Shown here: positions 18,983 through 30,000 of the stretch, in pieces
Layout: each line of letters opens with the position of its first letter
Position numbering within the stretch: the stretch's first letter is position 1
Origin: Candidatus Multivorans sp.
GTDB lineage: Bacteria > Acidobacteriota > Thermoanaerobaculia > Multivoradales > Multivoraceae
Reading direction: 5' to 3'
Assembly: GCA_965247095.1 (NCBI GenBank)
Contig: OZ251997.1
Location: forward strand, 1,568,001-1,632,000
DNA length: 64,000 bases
Made by a program: the position numbers and the translations under genes
Notes under the pieces: model-generated
The model's database searches: none
The model's input: the letters and a program-made list of their open reading frames with translations, nothing else
Told to the model about the DNA's origin: nothing

Positions 18983-21114
18983 CGACTCTCCGAAGGCAGC
19001 CGGTAGGCGACCAGCTCCGGCGCCCTGCCGCCGACCGTGAGTGCGATGTACTGGCGACCGTCGAGCAGGTAGGTCATCGGTGAGCCGAGCCCGCGGCCGG
19101 GCAGATCGACCGCTGCCAGCGGCTCTCCGGTGGCCTTGTCGTAGGCCACAAGCTGCGGACCGTCGTCGGTCCCGCCGCTCGTCAACGCGTGAATCAGCAA
19201 CGTCCTGGTCAGCAGCGAACCGGCACGGCTGTGATCGCCCCCCAACGGCGGCAGATCGAGATCGCGCAGTAGAGGATGGTCCTGATACCGGGCGCCCCTG
19301 CCGAGCGGGGTCGTCCACAGGTGCTCGCCCCGACTCATGTCGATGGCGACCATCGCCGAATAGGGCGGCTTCCACAGCGGCAGCCCCCGCGGCATATTCG
19401 GCTGCCGGGTCGGGTTGCCTCCGTCAAGAAACGAGGAACCCCGGGCGACGGGCTCGAACGGTCCCCAGGGCGCCGAGCGGCCGCGCATGATACCGCCAAC
19501 AGGATCGGTGCGGTCGGCGATGTAGCGCATGTCGGTCCTGGACCGTCCGTCGCGGAAGCGGATCACCGAGTGGCCGTTGGAGGAGGGAACGTACAGCACG
19601 CCGGTTTCGGGATCGACGGCGGCGCCCGACCAGTTCGCGCCGCCGCCCGCCTGCGGTCGGAAGATCGTGCCGCGCAGCGACAGCGGTGTGTAGAGCGGGC
19701 CGAGCCTGAACTCCCCGACGGCCTCGAGCGCCATCTGCCGGATCTCGGGGGTGAAGTCCGCCAGGTCCTCGATCCGGGCGCCCTGCACCGCGAACGGCGG
19801 CGGCTTGGTCGGGAAGGGCTGGGTGGGAGACATGACTTCGCCTTCGAGGTCGGTGTCGGTCGGCGCCGGGCGCTCCTCGATGGGCCAGACCGGCTCGCCG
19901 GTCACTCGATCGAACGTGTAGACGAACCCCTGCTTGGTGACCTGGGCTACAGCCTTCACCCGACGTCCATCGACGGTGATGTCGAGCAGATTCGGCGCCG
20001 TCGGGCTGTCGTAGTCCCAGACCTCGTGATGAATGAGCTGGTAGTGCCACACCCGCTCGCCGGTGCCTACGTCGAGACAGACGATGCTGTTGGCGAACAG
20101 ATTGTCACCCAGGCGATGGCCGCCGTAGTGATCCGGCGCCACCGCCGAGGTCGGAATGTAGACGTAGCCGAGCTCCGGGTCCGCGCTCAGATTGCCCCAG
20201 GCGTTGCCGTTGCCGGTGTAGCGCCACGATTCGTCTTCCCAGGTGTCGGCGCCGAACTCGTCGGCGCTCTGCGGCACGATGTGAAACTCCCACAGCCGCT
20301 TTCCGGTGCGCACGTCGTGGGCGAAGATGAAGCCGGGCGGCCCCTCCTTGGAGATGGTGAAGTCCGTGTGGTTGGTTCCGACGACGATCGTGTCGCCGAC
20401 GATGAGCGGCGCCGCCGACCGCGAGCCCACCGGCAACTGGAAGGGCTGCCCGCGGGGCGAGCGCGGCAGATCGGCGATGAGGTCGACCCGCCCGTTGTCT
20501 CCGAACTCCGGAACCGGTACTCCGGTCCTGGCATCGACGGCGATCAGGTAGCCGGCGCCGGTTCCCCAGACGATGCGGGCGTCGCCGTCGCCTTCCCAGT
20601 AGGCCGCCCCTCGATGGCCTCTGCTGGTCGGAAGCGCGGCGTCTTCGTAGGTGCGCGGGTCGTGAACCCAGAGCATCTCGCCGGTGCGCCCGTCGATCGC
20701 CGCCGCCTGCTCGACGTTCGTGGTCAGGTACAGCACGCCGTCGATCGCGAGCGGGGTCGAAGACATCGCGCCGATCCCCGGACGCCGCAGCCACAGGTCG
20801 GGCTGCTGTTGTGCCACTCGGTCGAACACCACCTGCGACGGCGCCAGCGACGCGCCGCTCTCGTCCGCCACGACGAGATGGGTGTCCGCCGTCTTCCAAC
20901 GCCAGGCGATCTCCAGATCGCCGAAGTTGTCGGCCTTGATCTGGTCCAGGGGCGAGTACTTGCTGGCCCAGGTGTCGCCGGCGTGGGTGCGCCAGTCGCC
21001 GTCGGTAGCGCCCGGCTGCGCCGAGCCGGAGGCGGACGTGAATCCACAAACCAGAACCAGGCGCAGCGTGAGGCGCGTGAGGCGAAGGGATCCTTGCATC
21101 GTAGGAAACACCAT
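18979..21114 (-). CDS. Soluble PQQ-dependent dehydrogenase, divergent third copy
   Basis: KYSPLDQI, WHYQLIHHEVWDYD, PTQPFPTKPPPF, GGGANWSG, SPMTYLLDGRQYI; ATGA overlap with DUF1592 gene. Confidence 0.9.
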   Translation of the reverse strand: MVFPTMQGSLRLTRLTLRLVLVCGFTSASGSAQPGATDGDWRTHAGDTWASKYSPLDQIKADNFGDLEIAWRWKTADTHLVVADESGASLAPSQVVFDRVAQQQPDLWLRRPGIGAMSSTPLAIDGVLYLTTNVEQAAAIDGRTGEMLWVHDPRTYEDAALPTSRGHRGAAYWEGDGDARIVWGTGAGYLIAVDARTGVPVPEFGDNGRVDLIADLPRSPRGQPFQLPVGSRSAAPLIVGDTIVVGTNHTDFTISKEGPPGFIFAHDVRTGKRLWEFHIVPQSADEFGADTWEDESWRYTGNGNAWGNLSADPELGYVYIPTSAVAPDHYGGHRLGDNLFANSIVCLDVGTGERVWHYQLIHHEVWDYDSPTAPNLLDITVDGRRVKAVAQVTKQGFVYTFDRVTGEPVWPIEERPAPTDTDLEGEVMSPTQPFPTKPPPFAVQGARIEDLADFTPEIRQMALEAVGEFRLGPLYTPLSLRGTIFRPQAGGGANWSGAAVDPETGVLYVPSSNGHSVIRFRDGRSRTDMRYIADRTDPVGGIMRGRSAPWGPFEPVARGSSFLDGGNPTRQPNMPRGLPLWKPPYSAMVAIDMSRGEHLWTTPLGRGARYQDHPLLRDLDLPPLGGDHSRAGSLLTRTLLIHALTSGGTDDGPQLVAYDKATGEPLAAVDLPGRGLGSPMTYLLDGRQYIALTVGGRAPELVAYRLPSESR

Positions 21115-21140
21115 GTTACCCTAGTTCATCCCAACGACGT

Positions 21141-21156
21141 TGGAACAACATCTGCA
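21141..21156 (+). promoter_or_regulatory. Possible sigma54 -24/-12 promoter upstream of the TonB receptor
   Basis: TGGAAC-N5-CTGCA (GG-N10-GC) in the divergent intergenic region. Confidence 0.3.
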
Positions 21157-21249
21157 AGATGGATGTTGAAATCGAGGGCTCCGCCGGCCTTCGGCAAGGA
21201 CTAGCCCCCCTTGCCTATCATCGGGGTCGGACATCATGGAGGTGGAACC

Positions 21250-24039
21250 ATGAAGATCACCACCCTTAAGTCCTGCATCTGGGGACTCGCCATCATCGCC
21301 TGCGCAAACCTGCCGCTGTGGGCCGACGGTCCGGGGACCGGAATCATCGAAGGCCGCGTGCTCGACGCCCAGGGAGGCCCACTGCCGGGCGCCAGCGTGA
21401 AGCTCGTCGGACCGCAGAACACCAAGGACGCGGTCAGCGACGAGGCCGGCGAGTTTCGCTTCAGTCTGCTGCTCGATGGCGTCTTCACCGTCAGCGCCGA
21501 GCTCGAAGGCCTGGGCTCGAGCGACGAAGTCGCGGTCACTCTCGATCCCGGTAAGCGCCGCGCCATCGACCTCACCTTGCGGGGAGGCGAATCCGAGGAG
21601 ATCCGCGTTGTCGCCGAAGCGCCCATGATCAACAAGTACGAGCCCGGGGCGACCGCGAGGATCGACGCCGAGACCGCCGAGTTGACGACGTTCATCAGCC
21701 GTCACCACGTCAACAGCCTGGCGGTTCTGCCGGCCAATTCCGGCTCCAAGCAACAGGATTGGCTCAACAGCTTCATGGGCGGCCCTCGAGACGGAGGCAC
21801 GGTGAACATCGACGGCGTAGATGTCAGTCAAGTCACGGGCAACTACGGAGTGTTCAAGTTCAGAATGGCGACCACGCAGGTTGCCGCGACGGAGGTTCAT
21901 ACCCAGGGGCGGGGCGCCGAGTACGGGCGCACCCAGACGGCGACCATCAACACGGTGGTCAAGTCGGGCACCAACCTGTTCCACGGCGACTTCTTCTACG
22001 TCGCTCAGAACCAGGCGTGGGTCGGTGAGTTTCGGGATTACCCCGATCTCAACGGTCCCGACAAGATCATCAACAACTTCGAGACCGCTCTCGGTGGCCC
22101 GATCTACCGCAATCGTGCGTGGTTCTTCGCAGCCCACGCCGAACTGTCCGACAACAGGATCCGAGGCGCCAGTACCAACTCCAGCTCGGACGTCATCGCG
22201 GACCCGGTTTTCGATTGGAGCTACAAAGGGAGTTCGACGGTCGCCAAGGTCAACTTTCAGCCTGGCGATGACCATCAGCTCGCCGCGACCTATGTGCGCA
22301 CGCCGGGCTACCGCGAGGGCGGGGGCAACCGAACGGGGGACCTCTTCACCCTCAACGGGCGCGAGGAGACGGCCGAGTTGAACACAGCGTTGTGGAACTG
22401 GGCCGCCACCCCGAAGATCTTTACGGAACTCAAGGTTGGCGACAGTACGGATGTTCGCGCCGACAACTGCCTCAATTTCAAATCGAGTCTCTCCGGCGGA
22501 GACCCAAACACCCCGAATAGCAACAACTTCCGTTACTACGACCTCGACCGCCTGCTCTACTTCAATGGCTGCACCGTTGGCGGCACGTCTGGTCGGTTTA
22601 CGGACGGTCCCCGCCAGCAGATCAACGCCTACGCGACGATCTTCCTGGGCAACAACCACGAACTCAGGGTCGGCGCCGAGCGCCACGTCATGGGGCTCCA
22701 TACCCGAAACTGGCCCGAGAAGGAGTACAGCGGGCGCGGCTTCGGCGAAGGCCTTCCGGGTGGCTTCATGACTCCCGAGACCGTTACGATCTATGCGCCG
22801 CCGGATGGAGGCCTGTTCCGCCGCGAGAGCGAGCTGAACACCCTCTTCATCCAGGACCGAATCGATATCGGAGACAAGTGGGTCCTTACCGCGGGACTGC
22901 GGCTCGAGGGCCAGTCGATGAACAACAACATAGGGCAACAGGTCAACGACTACGATGAGCTGGCGCCCAGGCTGAGTGTCGTCTACGACGTGAACGCTGA
23001 CGGCAAGCTCCTCGTCCGCGCTACCGCCGGGCGTTACCTCAACCTCTTCAACATGAGTCTTACCCAGAACTTCGACCAGGGCTCGAACGGCACCAACACC
23101 CGCATGGTCTTCGATTGGAATCCCCTGACCCAGGACTACGACATCCTGGGCAGCTCCATCGTGGCCAGCGCCGGCAGGGAGGCGACAAGGAACCTGGCCC
23201 CCGAGTACTCGGACGCGTACAGCATCGGTGTCGACTGGCAGTTCAACCGCAACTGGGTCGCCAAGGCCATGTACACCCAGAGCGAGAACGACAATATCTG
23301 GGATACGAGCATCCAGTTCGACGCGGCCGGGAATCGGGTCTTCGCACTCGCCAACTGGACCCAGGCCGAGGTCGACCGGTTGTCCGCCATGCATGGAGTC
23401 CCCTCGCGCCTGGGCCTGACCCGCGAGCACGAGGGCATCATCCTTGAGCTCAACCGGAACTTCTCCAACAACTGGACGGTGCGCGCCAACCTGTACGTAG
23501 GCGAGGCGAGCGGCACTGAGGATTTCGAAGATGCCATCGAAGCCATCGGCGGCCTCGGCTCCGACGGGAGTAGCGATGTGAACTCCCGCAACAGAGGGAA
23601 CCGTCCTATCGGCAACAACTCGGAGTTCCCGGAGATCTTCAATGTCCTCGCTGCCAAGCGCTGGCCGATCGGCGAACACACGCTGACCACGGGCGCCCAC
23701 TACCGCACTCGGACGGGCCGACTCTGGGAGCGTCAACGGAACGTCTTCGTAACCCACCCGCTGTCGGGCCAGAGGGAAAGAGTCGCGGAGTTTCTCGATC
23801 CCCAAGCTTCCCGACAGCTCGACACCGCGACGGAGCTCAACCTCAACGCAAGCTGGATCTTCCCGCCGGTCAAGGGTAAGTACGAGATCAAGGTAGGCGC
23901 GGAACTTGCCAACGCACTCAACGGGGACGCCCAGTTGTTCGTGAATCCGGTGTCGGGCCGGCCCACCGGTAGGGGCGGCGGCGACATTGCCTACCAGAGG
24001 CCGTCCGAGTACCGGTTCAACGTCGGGCTCAGCTTCTAG
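21250..24039 (+). CDS. TonB-dependent receptor with N-terminal carboxypeptidase-regulatory-like domain
   Basis: GGAGG SD; G.IEGRVLDAQGGPLPGA, AEYG..INTVVKSGTNLFHG, LGGPI, APRLSVVYD, C-terminal F. Confidence 0.9.
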   Translation: MKITTLKSCIWGLAIIACANLPLWADGPGTGIIEGRVLDAQGGPLPGASVKLVGPQNTKDAVSDEAGEFRFSLLLDGVFTVSAELEGLGSSDEVAVTLDPGKRRAIDLTLRGGESEEIRVVAEAPMINKYEPGATARIDAETAELTTFISRHHVNSLAVLPANSGSKQQDWLNSFMGGPRDGGTVNIDGVDVSQVTGNYGVFKFRMATTQVAATEVHTQGRGAEYGRTQTATINTVVKSGTNLFHGDFFYVAQNQAWVGEFRDYPDLNGPDKIINNFETALGGPIYRNRAWFFAAHAELSDNRIRGASTNSSSDVIADPVFDWSYKGSSTVAKVNFQPGDDHQLAATYVRTPGYREGGGNRTGDLFTLNGREETAELNTALWNWAATPKIFTELKVGDSTDVRADNCLNFKSSLSGGDPNTPNSNNFRYYDLDRLLYFNGCTVGGTSGRFTDGPRQQINAYATIFLGNNHELRVGAERHVMGLHTRNWPEKEYSGRGFGEGLPGGFMTPETVTIYAPPDGGLFRRESELNTLFIQDRIDIGDKWVLTAGLRLEGQSMNNNIGQQVNDYDELAPRLSVVYDVNADGKLLVRATAGRYLNLFNMSLTQNFDQGSNGTNTRMVFDWNPLTQDYDILGSSIVASAGREATRNLAPEYSDAYSIGVDWQFNRNWVAKAMYTQSENDNIWDTSIQFDAAGNRVFALANWTQAEVDRLSAMHGVPSRLGLTREHEGIILELNRNFSNNWTVRANLYVGEASGTEDFEDAIEAIGGLGSDGSSDVNSRNRGNRPIGNNSEFPEIFNVLAAKRWPIGEHTLTTGAHYRTRTGRLWERQRNVFVTHPLSGQRERVAEFLDPQASRQLDTATELNLNASWIFPPVKGKYEIKVGAELANALNGDAQLFVNPVSGRPTGRGGGDIAYQRPSEYRFNVGLSF

Positions 24040-24063
24040 GAAGCCCTCACGCACTAGCTGGCG

Positions 24064-26220
24064 CTACGAGTTCGTCGTAGCACAACTGACACTCTCCAGG
24101 GTTTCGTACATCGACGGCAGCGATGCTCCTGGCGGGTGCTCGAAGTACGTCACGTACAGGTGCCGGTTGCAGTGCCACAGCATCGCCGAGATCGTCTCGC
24201 CTCGGGTCAGGTATCGAGTCTGTCCCTCGACTTCGATCGTGCCGAGAACACTCGATCCCAGGGAACTCGCGATCCTCGCGAACTCCTCGATCGGCGGCTC
24301 CGTTTCTCGTGGGTGTCCACGGATGACCAGCAGCTTCTGTCCGTCGGTGAAGATGACGTGCTTCGTCAGCTCGAGCGCCAGACTGAGTTGCGTGGGATCC
24401 TCGCCACGAGTCGTGTATTCGTAGGCGTACTCGATCTCCGCCACGGGCATGTCGATGCTCGCGCGAAGACCCAGAAAAGACAACGCGTCACCCGAGACGG
24501 GATCGGTTACAGGAGGTGAGATCGCCGTCGACGTGCCGCCGCCGCCCGCATGGTCGAGGATGGCGCCCAGGCTGCTCGTGGTGCGCCCCACTCGGTTTCT
24601 CGCGGTCCTGAACTCGATGATCGGACGGTTGTCGGTGTTGACCGGCGCGCCCGAGGCGAAGGAGTCGAGAGCCCTATCGTCCGCGACGAAGAACGAGAAG
24701 AAGACGTCCGGGCCGGTGAACGGCGCTCGGCTCGACAAGACGGAGATCGTCTCGATGTCGGACCCTATGATCGGGTCCTGCATTGCGGCCGCGATCCCTT
24801 CGTAGTCCCTGGAGATGGGCTCTTTCGATGCGAGAAGGAAGAAGTCCACGCCTCTCGCGTCGGCCCACGCCTGGACATGGGGAAATGCGGTTTCGAGAGT
24901 CCGGAGGGAGATCTTGAGATCCTCTGGGCTGAAGTCGTAGGCGCCGATCCACTGCAGGAACAGTCCTCCCTCGTTGAGGCGCTCGGCTACAACCGAGTAG
25001 AACTCTCTGGTGAAGAGGAAGACCTCGCCTTCGATCCACGGGTTCGAAGGCTCGGAAATGACGATGTCGTACGTTCGCTTGGTAGTGGAGAGATAGTCCC
25101 TCGCGTCGCCTACGGTGAGTTCGACTCGCTCATCGTCGAGGGCGTTTCGGTTCTCGGGCTCGAAGAGCTCGGCCGCCTCGACGACGGTCGGGTTGAGCTC
25201 GAGCACGTCGATCCTCTCCACCGGGAAGCTCTCCACCGCCGCCAGGGTGATCCCACTGCCGAGGCCGATGATGGCCACGTCTTTCGGGTCGGTGTGCATG
25301 AGGGTCGGGATGTACCCCAAGAGAAGTTGGGTAGGTACGTCGAGGCCGGTTCCGGCATCGACCTTGCCGTTGATCATGAGTACTTTGACCGGGCCCTCTT
25401 CCTTAACCACGACGGATCCATACAGTCCGTAGTCGGAGAACGTGATTGTGGCGGCGCCTCTCTCTCGCGCGAGAGCCTGTCGGTACTCGCTCCGGTTATC
25501 GAACCTCCCATGCTGGTGGTAGACGCCGGAGCGGTAGGGATCGACCTCTGCGTCGAACAGGCCCGCCGCAAGAAGAAGCACGAGGGCGAGGGCGACACCG
25601 TAGGCGATGCGGCTGCCCTTGCCGGCAGCAATGAAAACCACGGCAGAAATGAGGACGTTGACTGCGACCGCCACAAGGATCGCTCTTTCAAGGCCAATTC
25701 CTGGAAGCAGAACGAAGCCTCCCACAAAGGCGCCGACAACCCCTCCCAGGGTATTGACCGAAAACAACCTTCCGACATCCGTGCCGATCTTCTCGGTACG
25801 GGTGATCGACCGGCTCACCACGGGAAAGGTCAACCCCATGAGTAGAGTCGGAACGAGGAGGACAAGGTAGGAGAGAAGGAGGAGAAGCGAGTGGAACATG
25901 ACGAAGCTGCCGTTTGAGATGTTGTAGATCTCGAGGTACGCGACATCCAGGTTGTTCAAGATCGGAACGAAGAGGAGCCCGTAGGCGCCGATTCCCAGTT
26001 GAACGTACGCGAAAAGCGTAGCGAGATCCGTCTTCTGGAAGCGCTTCGCCAACAGGCTGCCGAATCCCATTCCCGTGAGGAAGGCGGTCAGGATCAGGCT
26101 GTAGGCGAAGACAGTCCCGCCGACGAAGAGAATCATCCCCTTGGTGAACATGACTTCGTACACGAGTGCGGCGAAGCCCGAGAAGAAGAAGGCACTCAGG
26201 AGCAGGGCCCTCAGCTTCAT
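24064..26220 (-). CDS. Fused membrane/spermidine synthase-like SAM-dependent protein with C-terminal extension
   Basis: SGFAALVYEV TM block; LMING, IIGLGSGIT, ELNPTV, GDARDY, YDIVISEPSNPW, LFTREFY. Confidence 0.88.
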   Translation of the reverse strand: MKLRALLLSAFFFSGFAALVYEVMFTKGMILFVGGTVFAYSLILTAFLTGMGFGSLLAKRFQKTDLATLFAYVQLGIGAYGLLFVPILNNLDVAYLEIYNISNGSFVMFHSLLLLLSYLVLLVPTLLMGLTFPVVSRSITRTEKIGTDVGRLFSVNTLGGVVGAFVGGFVLLPGIGLERAILVAVAVNVLISAVVFIAAGKGSRIAYGVALALVLLLAAGLFDAEVDPYRSGVYHQHGRFDNRSEYRQALARERGAATITFSDYGLYGSVVVKEEGPVKVLMINGKVDAGTGLDVPTQLLLGYIPTLMHTDPKDVAIIGLGSGITLAAVESFPVERIDVLELNPTVVEAAELFEPENRNALDDERVELTVGDARDYLSTTKRTYDIVISEPSNPWIEGEVFLFTREFYSVVAERLNEGGLFLQWIGAYDFSPEDLKISLRTLETAFPHVQAWADARGVDFFLLASKEPISRDYEGIAAAMQDPIIGSDIETISVLSSRAPFTGPDVFFSFFVADDRALDSFASGAPVNTDNRPIIEFRTARNRVGRTTSSLGAILDHAGGGGTSTAISPPVTDPVSGDALSFLGLRASIDMPVAEIEYAYEYTTRGEDPTQLSLALELTKHVIFTDGQKLLVIRGHPRETEPPIEEFARIASSLGSSVLGTIEVEGQTRYLTRGETISAMLWHCNRHLYVTYFEHPPGASLPSMYETLESVSCATTNS

Positions 26221-26777
26221 CGTTCACGCCTCTGGTAGAGCACGAGGCCGACCATCAGGTTGAGTACGGCGGCCAGCACGATCGTTTGAGAGAGGCCCAG
26301 GTACGGCAAGAAGAGGAATCCGCCACACAGGGCGCCGGCGCCACCGGAGATCGTGTCTACTGCATACACGTCTGAAATATCGCGGCCGAAGTTCTTGGAG
26401 TATATCTTCGTCATGAGAGGGAATGTGGCGCCCATGATTCCCGCCGGCACGATGAGAAGAAAGAAAACGATGATGAACATGATGAACAGCATCGTGGAAG
26501 AGCCCTGGAGCTGGCTGAATAGAGCTAAGCGGACTCGGTAGGTGAGCTCGAAGAGAGGTATGAGGAGAACACCACAGGCGGCGAGGACGAACTCGAGCTT
26601 CGCGAAGAGAAGGAGGGGTTTCTTCGTCCTGTCGGCGATTCTCCCGAAGCAGTATGAACCGAGGGCCAGGCCCGCCATGAACACCGTGAGGACCGCAGTG
26701 AAGGCGTAGATCGTCGTCCCGAACACGAGAGACAGCGAGCGCGACCAGGCAACCTCGTACACGAGGGAGGAGAACAT
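26217..26777 (-). CDS. Membrane-only first half of a fused MFS-like/spermidine synthase protein (split gene); start uncertain, possibly further upstream
   Basis: SLVYEVAWSRSLSLVFGTT..FMAGLALGS..MGATFP..YAVDTISG; ATGA overlap with the next gene. Confidence 0.8.
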   Translation of the reverse strand: MFSSLVYEVAWSRSLSLVFGTTIYAFTAVLTVFMAGLALGSYCFGRIADRTKKPLLLFAKLEFVLAACGVLLIPLFELTYRVRLALFSQLQGSSTMLFIMFIIVFFLLIVPAGIMGATFPLMTKIYSKNFGRDISDVYAVDTISGGAGALCGGFLFLPYLGLSQTIVLAAVLNLMVGLVLYQRRER

Positions 26778-27044
26778 GGAGAGGCCGAACACCAGAAGGA
26801 GAATCGGTCTCCTTGCGCGGAGGGGGAGGGCAGTGGTTCTCAGGGCTGTACGATAGCTGGAGCGCTGCGAGTTAGTCCAGAACGGGTCCAGCACCGCGCC
26901 GGCAGCGCATGGGCGTCGTCCCGAAGCTCGCTTCACTTTGTTTGCGCGGCGCAAGCTCCTGGCGGAACGATAGGATGCCCGCTTGCATCCACCACAGGCG
27001 TTTCGCGTTCCAGGGAGGCCTTATGTCCCAGGAAAGGGGCGGGC

Positions 27045-30000
27045 ATGAGAGTTCCGGCCAAGTCGGCATTGGCACTAGTAGTAGTCCTGGCGGCCCTCGG
27101 CGCCGGTTGCACCCAAAGCACAGGCGCCGATGAGGCGGAGGCCCAGGAGTCCGAGAACGTGGTTCCGCTACGGGCGGTCCAGGACGCTGAAACCGGCTCG
27201 ATCGCCATCTACCGGGAGGGTGAAGAGGCGCCGATCGTCACCCAGAACGCGGGCGCCGAGCACCGGCCGTTCCTGCACCCGATCGCCGCTCCGGACGGCA
27301 AGGGGCTGGCGACGCAGTACAGCCCGGGGCATCACCCCCACCAGACGGGGCTCTACTGGGGCTTCACCCGCGTGAACGGCGAGCCGATGGACGAGGACAC
27401 GCTCAAGCAGTGGTTCTACCGGCGCGACAAGCCGGAGGACATCGCCCGGGCCGTCGGCCGGGACTACTTCCACAACCCGGGCGGAGAGTACTGGCGCCGC
27501 GAGTCGGCCTCCCTGGTGACCGATTCCGGGCCCGAGGTGAAGTGGCAGACGGTCTACGGCATGTTGGACGCGGACGGCAAGGCGTTCATGACCGAGACCC
27601 AGAACTGGACGATGCGGGCCGAGGAAGACCGCTTCATCCTCGACCTCGAGTGGGCCGGCGAGGCCCACACCGACGTCTCGATCAACGAGATGTCCTACGG
27701 CGGCATGTTCCTGCGCATGCCCTGGCACAAGGACATCAAGGGCGAAGCCGTCAACGCGGCGCGCCAACGCAACGCCCAGGCCGAGGGCCAGCGCGCGATG
27801 TGGGTCGACGTCGGGATGCAGGTCGAGGGCCGCGACGACTTCCTGCACGTCGCCATCTTCGATCACCCGATGAACGCGGGCTTCCCGCAGACCTGGCGCG
27901 TCGACGGTCAGCTCGGCGTCGGGCCGACGCGGGCAAGGATGGGCGACTGGCACATCCCCGAAGGGACGACCGAGGTCATCCGTCACCGGCTCGTCGTCTA
28001 CACCGGCGAACTCAACGATCTCGAGCTGACGGAAGACTGGCAGGAGTACACGGGCGCAGCCGAAGGCGCCTACTCCACCGCGGCACTCTGGGGCGTCGCC
28101 CAGCAGGAGGCGCTGCAGGAGAAGTTCCTGACTGCGGACGAGGCGGTCGAGGCAATGACCGTACGCGACGGTTTCAAGGTCAACGCCTGGGCCTCCGAGC
28201 CCATGATCACCCAGCCCATGGCCTTCGCCTGGGACGATCGCGGCCGGATGTGGATCGCCGAGAACCGCGACTATGAGACCCGCGGCAGAGGCTTCTCGGG
28301 CGCGGGCGACAGCCGCATTCTGATCCTGGAGGACACCGATCGCGACGGCGAGGCCGACAGCAAGAAGGTCTTCGCGGAGGGCATCCCGTTCCCGGCGGCG
28401 CTGGCGGTCGGCTTCGACGGCGTCTTCGTCGGCGCACCGCCCCACCTCCTCTACCTCCCCGACCGCGACGGCGACGACGTGGCCGAGATGGACGACGCCG
28501 AGATCCTGCTGACCGGCTGGGGCATCCGGGACCGTCACGAGACGATCAACAGCTTCCACTGGGGACCCGACGGCTGGCTCTATGGCCTGGAGGGATTCGC
28601 GACCCCCTCGAAGATCAGGAAGCCGGGGCCCGACGAGACGATCTACGGCCACAACGATCCGTTCCCGGCGGATCTCCTCGAGGCCGACGGCGTGGACATC
28701 AACGGCGGCGTCTGGCGCTACCACCCGACGAAGAAGCGGTTCGAAGTCGTGGCTCACGGCTTCAGCAACCCATGGGGCATCGACTACGACGCCAAGGGCC
28801 AGATCTTCATCACCGCCTGCGTGATCCCCCACCTCTTCCACGTCGTACCCGGAGGCATCTACCACCGGCAGGGCGGCTCGCACTTCAACCCGTACGTCTA
28901 CGGCGACATCCGCACGATCGTCGACCACCGGCACCGGTCCGCGCACGGCGGCGCCCGCGTCTACCTCTCGGACGCCTTCCCCGAAGAGCACTACGGCCGG
29001 CTGTTCATGGCGAACATCCACGAGCACGCGGTGCTCTCCGACGAACTCGAGCCCAAGGGCTCCAGCTTCGTCGCCCGCCACGGCGAGGACTTCCTGCTCG
29101 CCAACAACAAGCAGTGGGTCGGCTTCAGCATGGAGATCGGGCCGGACGGCGACGTCTACGTCCTCGACTGGCACGACGCGGAAATCTGCGGCAATGACGT
29201 CAAGCACAAGGAGACGGGACGGATCTTCCGCATCACACCTGAGCAGTCCCAGGCGGATAACTGGGAGGGCCGATTCGACGACATCAAGGCGATGTCGAAC
29301 GGCGAACTGGTCGAACTCCAACTCTCGAAGAGCGCCTGGCATGCCCGCCGTGCGCGGGTCGTTCTGCAGGGCCGCGCGGCGAAGGGCGAGGTCGACGCAT
29401 CCGTTCACGCTTCGCTGCACGAGATGTTCTCGTCCAACCCGGACAAGGACCTCCGCCTGCGGGCGATGTGGGCGCTCCACGTCACCGGCGGCTTCACGCC
29501 CGACCAGTTGACCGACGCCCTCGACGACCCGGACGCCCACGTCCGCGCCTGGGCGGTTCAGCTCCTGACCGAGGATCACCACGCGCCCGCGGCCGCCGTC
29601 GGCCAGTTCGCCGCCATGGCGGACAGCGATGACTCCGCCGTCGTCCGGCTCTACCTCGCGGCGGCCCTCCAGCGTCTTGAGCACGACGACCGCTGGCCGA
29701 TCGCCGAAGGTCTGGTGAAGCACGGCGAGGACGCGGACGATCACAACATCCCGAAGATGATCTGGTTCGGCATCGAACCCCTGGTCGCCGAGGATCCCGA
29801 ACGCGCGCTAGAGCTCGCCCGGAACTCCGAGATTCCGATGCTCACGGAGAACATCGGACGCCGGCTCGTCGACGCGCACCGGCTCGAGACCCTCGTCACG
29901 TCGCTCGGCGATAGTTCGGACGCCCGCAAGGACCTCCTGAAGGGGATGCGCGCCGGGCTTGAGGGCCAGTTCGAGGTCGAGCGGCCGGACAACTGGGCCG

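Noticed and set aside
5504-21114. WDYD/WDWD motif in PQQ dehydrogenases as a sign of lanthanide dependence
   Set aside because: The DxD rule applies to XoxF/ExaF alcohol dehydrogenases; these are glucose/quinate-type enzymes lacking the vicinal Cys pair, where DxD is normal
21121-24054. 977-aa antisense ORF over the TonB receptor, and similar long shadow ORFs (60-1073, 16250-18484, 27168-29744, 37831-39783, 48675-50849)
   Set aside because: Antisense or alternate-frame ORFs expected in high-GC3 genes; no recognisable motifs, while the overlapping frame has clear family signatures
26970-27015. Sixth copy of the CTGGG repeat
   Set aside because: Only fragments (CCTGGAACGCG, GCGGGCATCCT on minus); no intact stem
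27023-27133. GGAGG-preceded 36-aa ORF overlapping the start of the PVC heme gene out of frame
   Set aside because: Low-complexity product; ATG 27045 already gives a good lipoprotein signal; cannot be distinguished from chance
27170-28040. Methane monooxygenase
   Set aside because: Soluble PmoA-like/DUF6807 domain with no transmembrane pMMO features and no pmoB/pmoC
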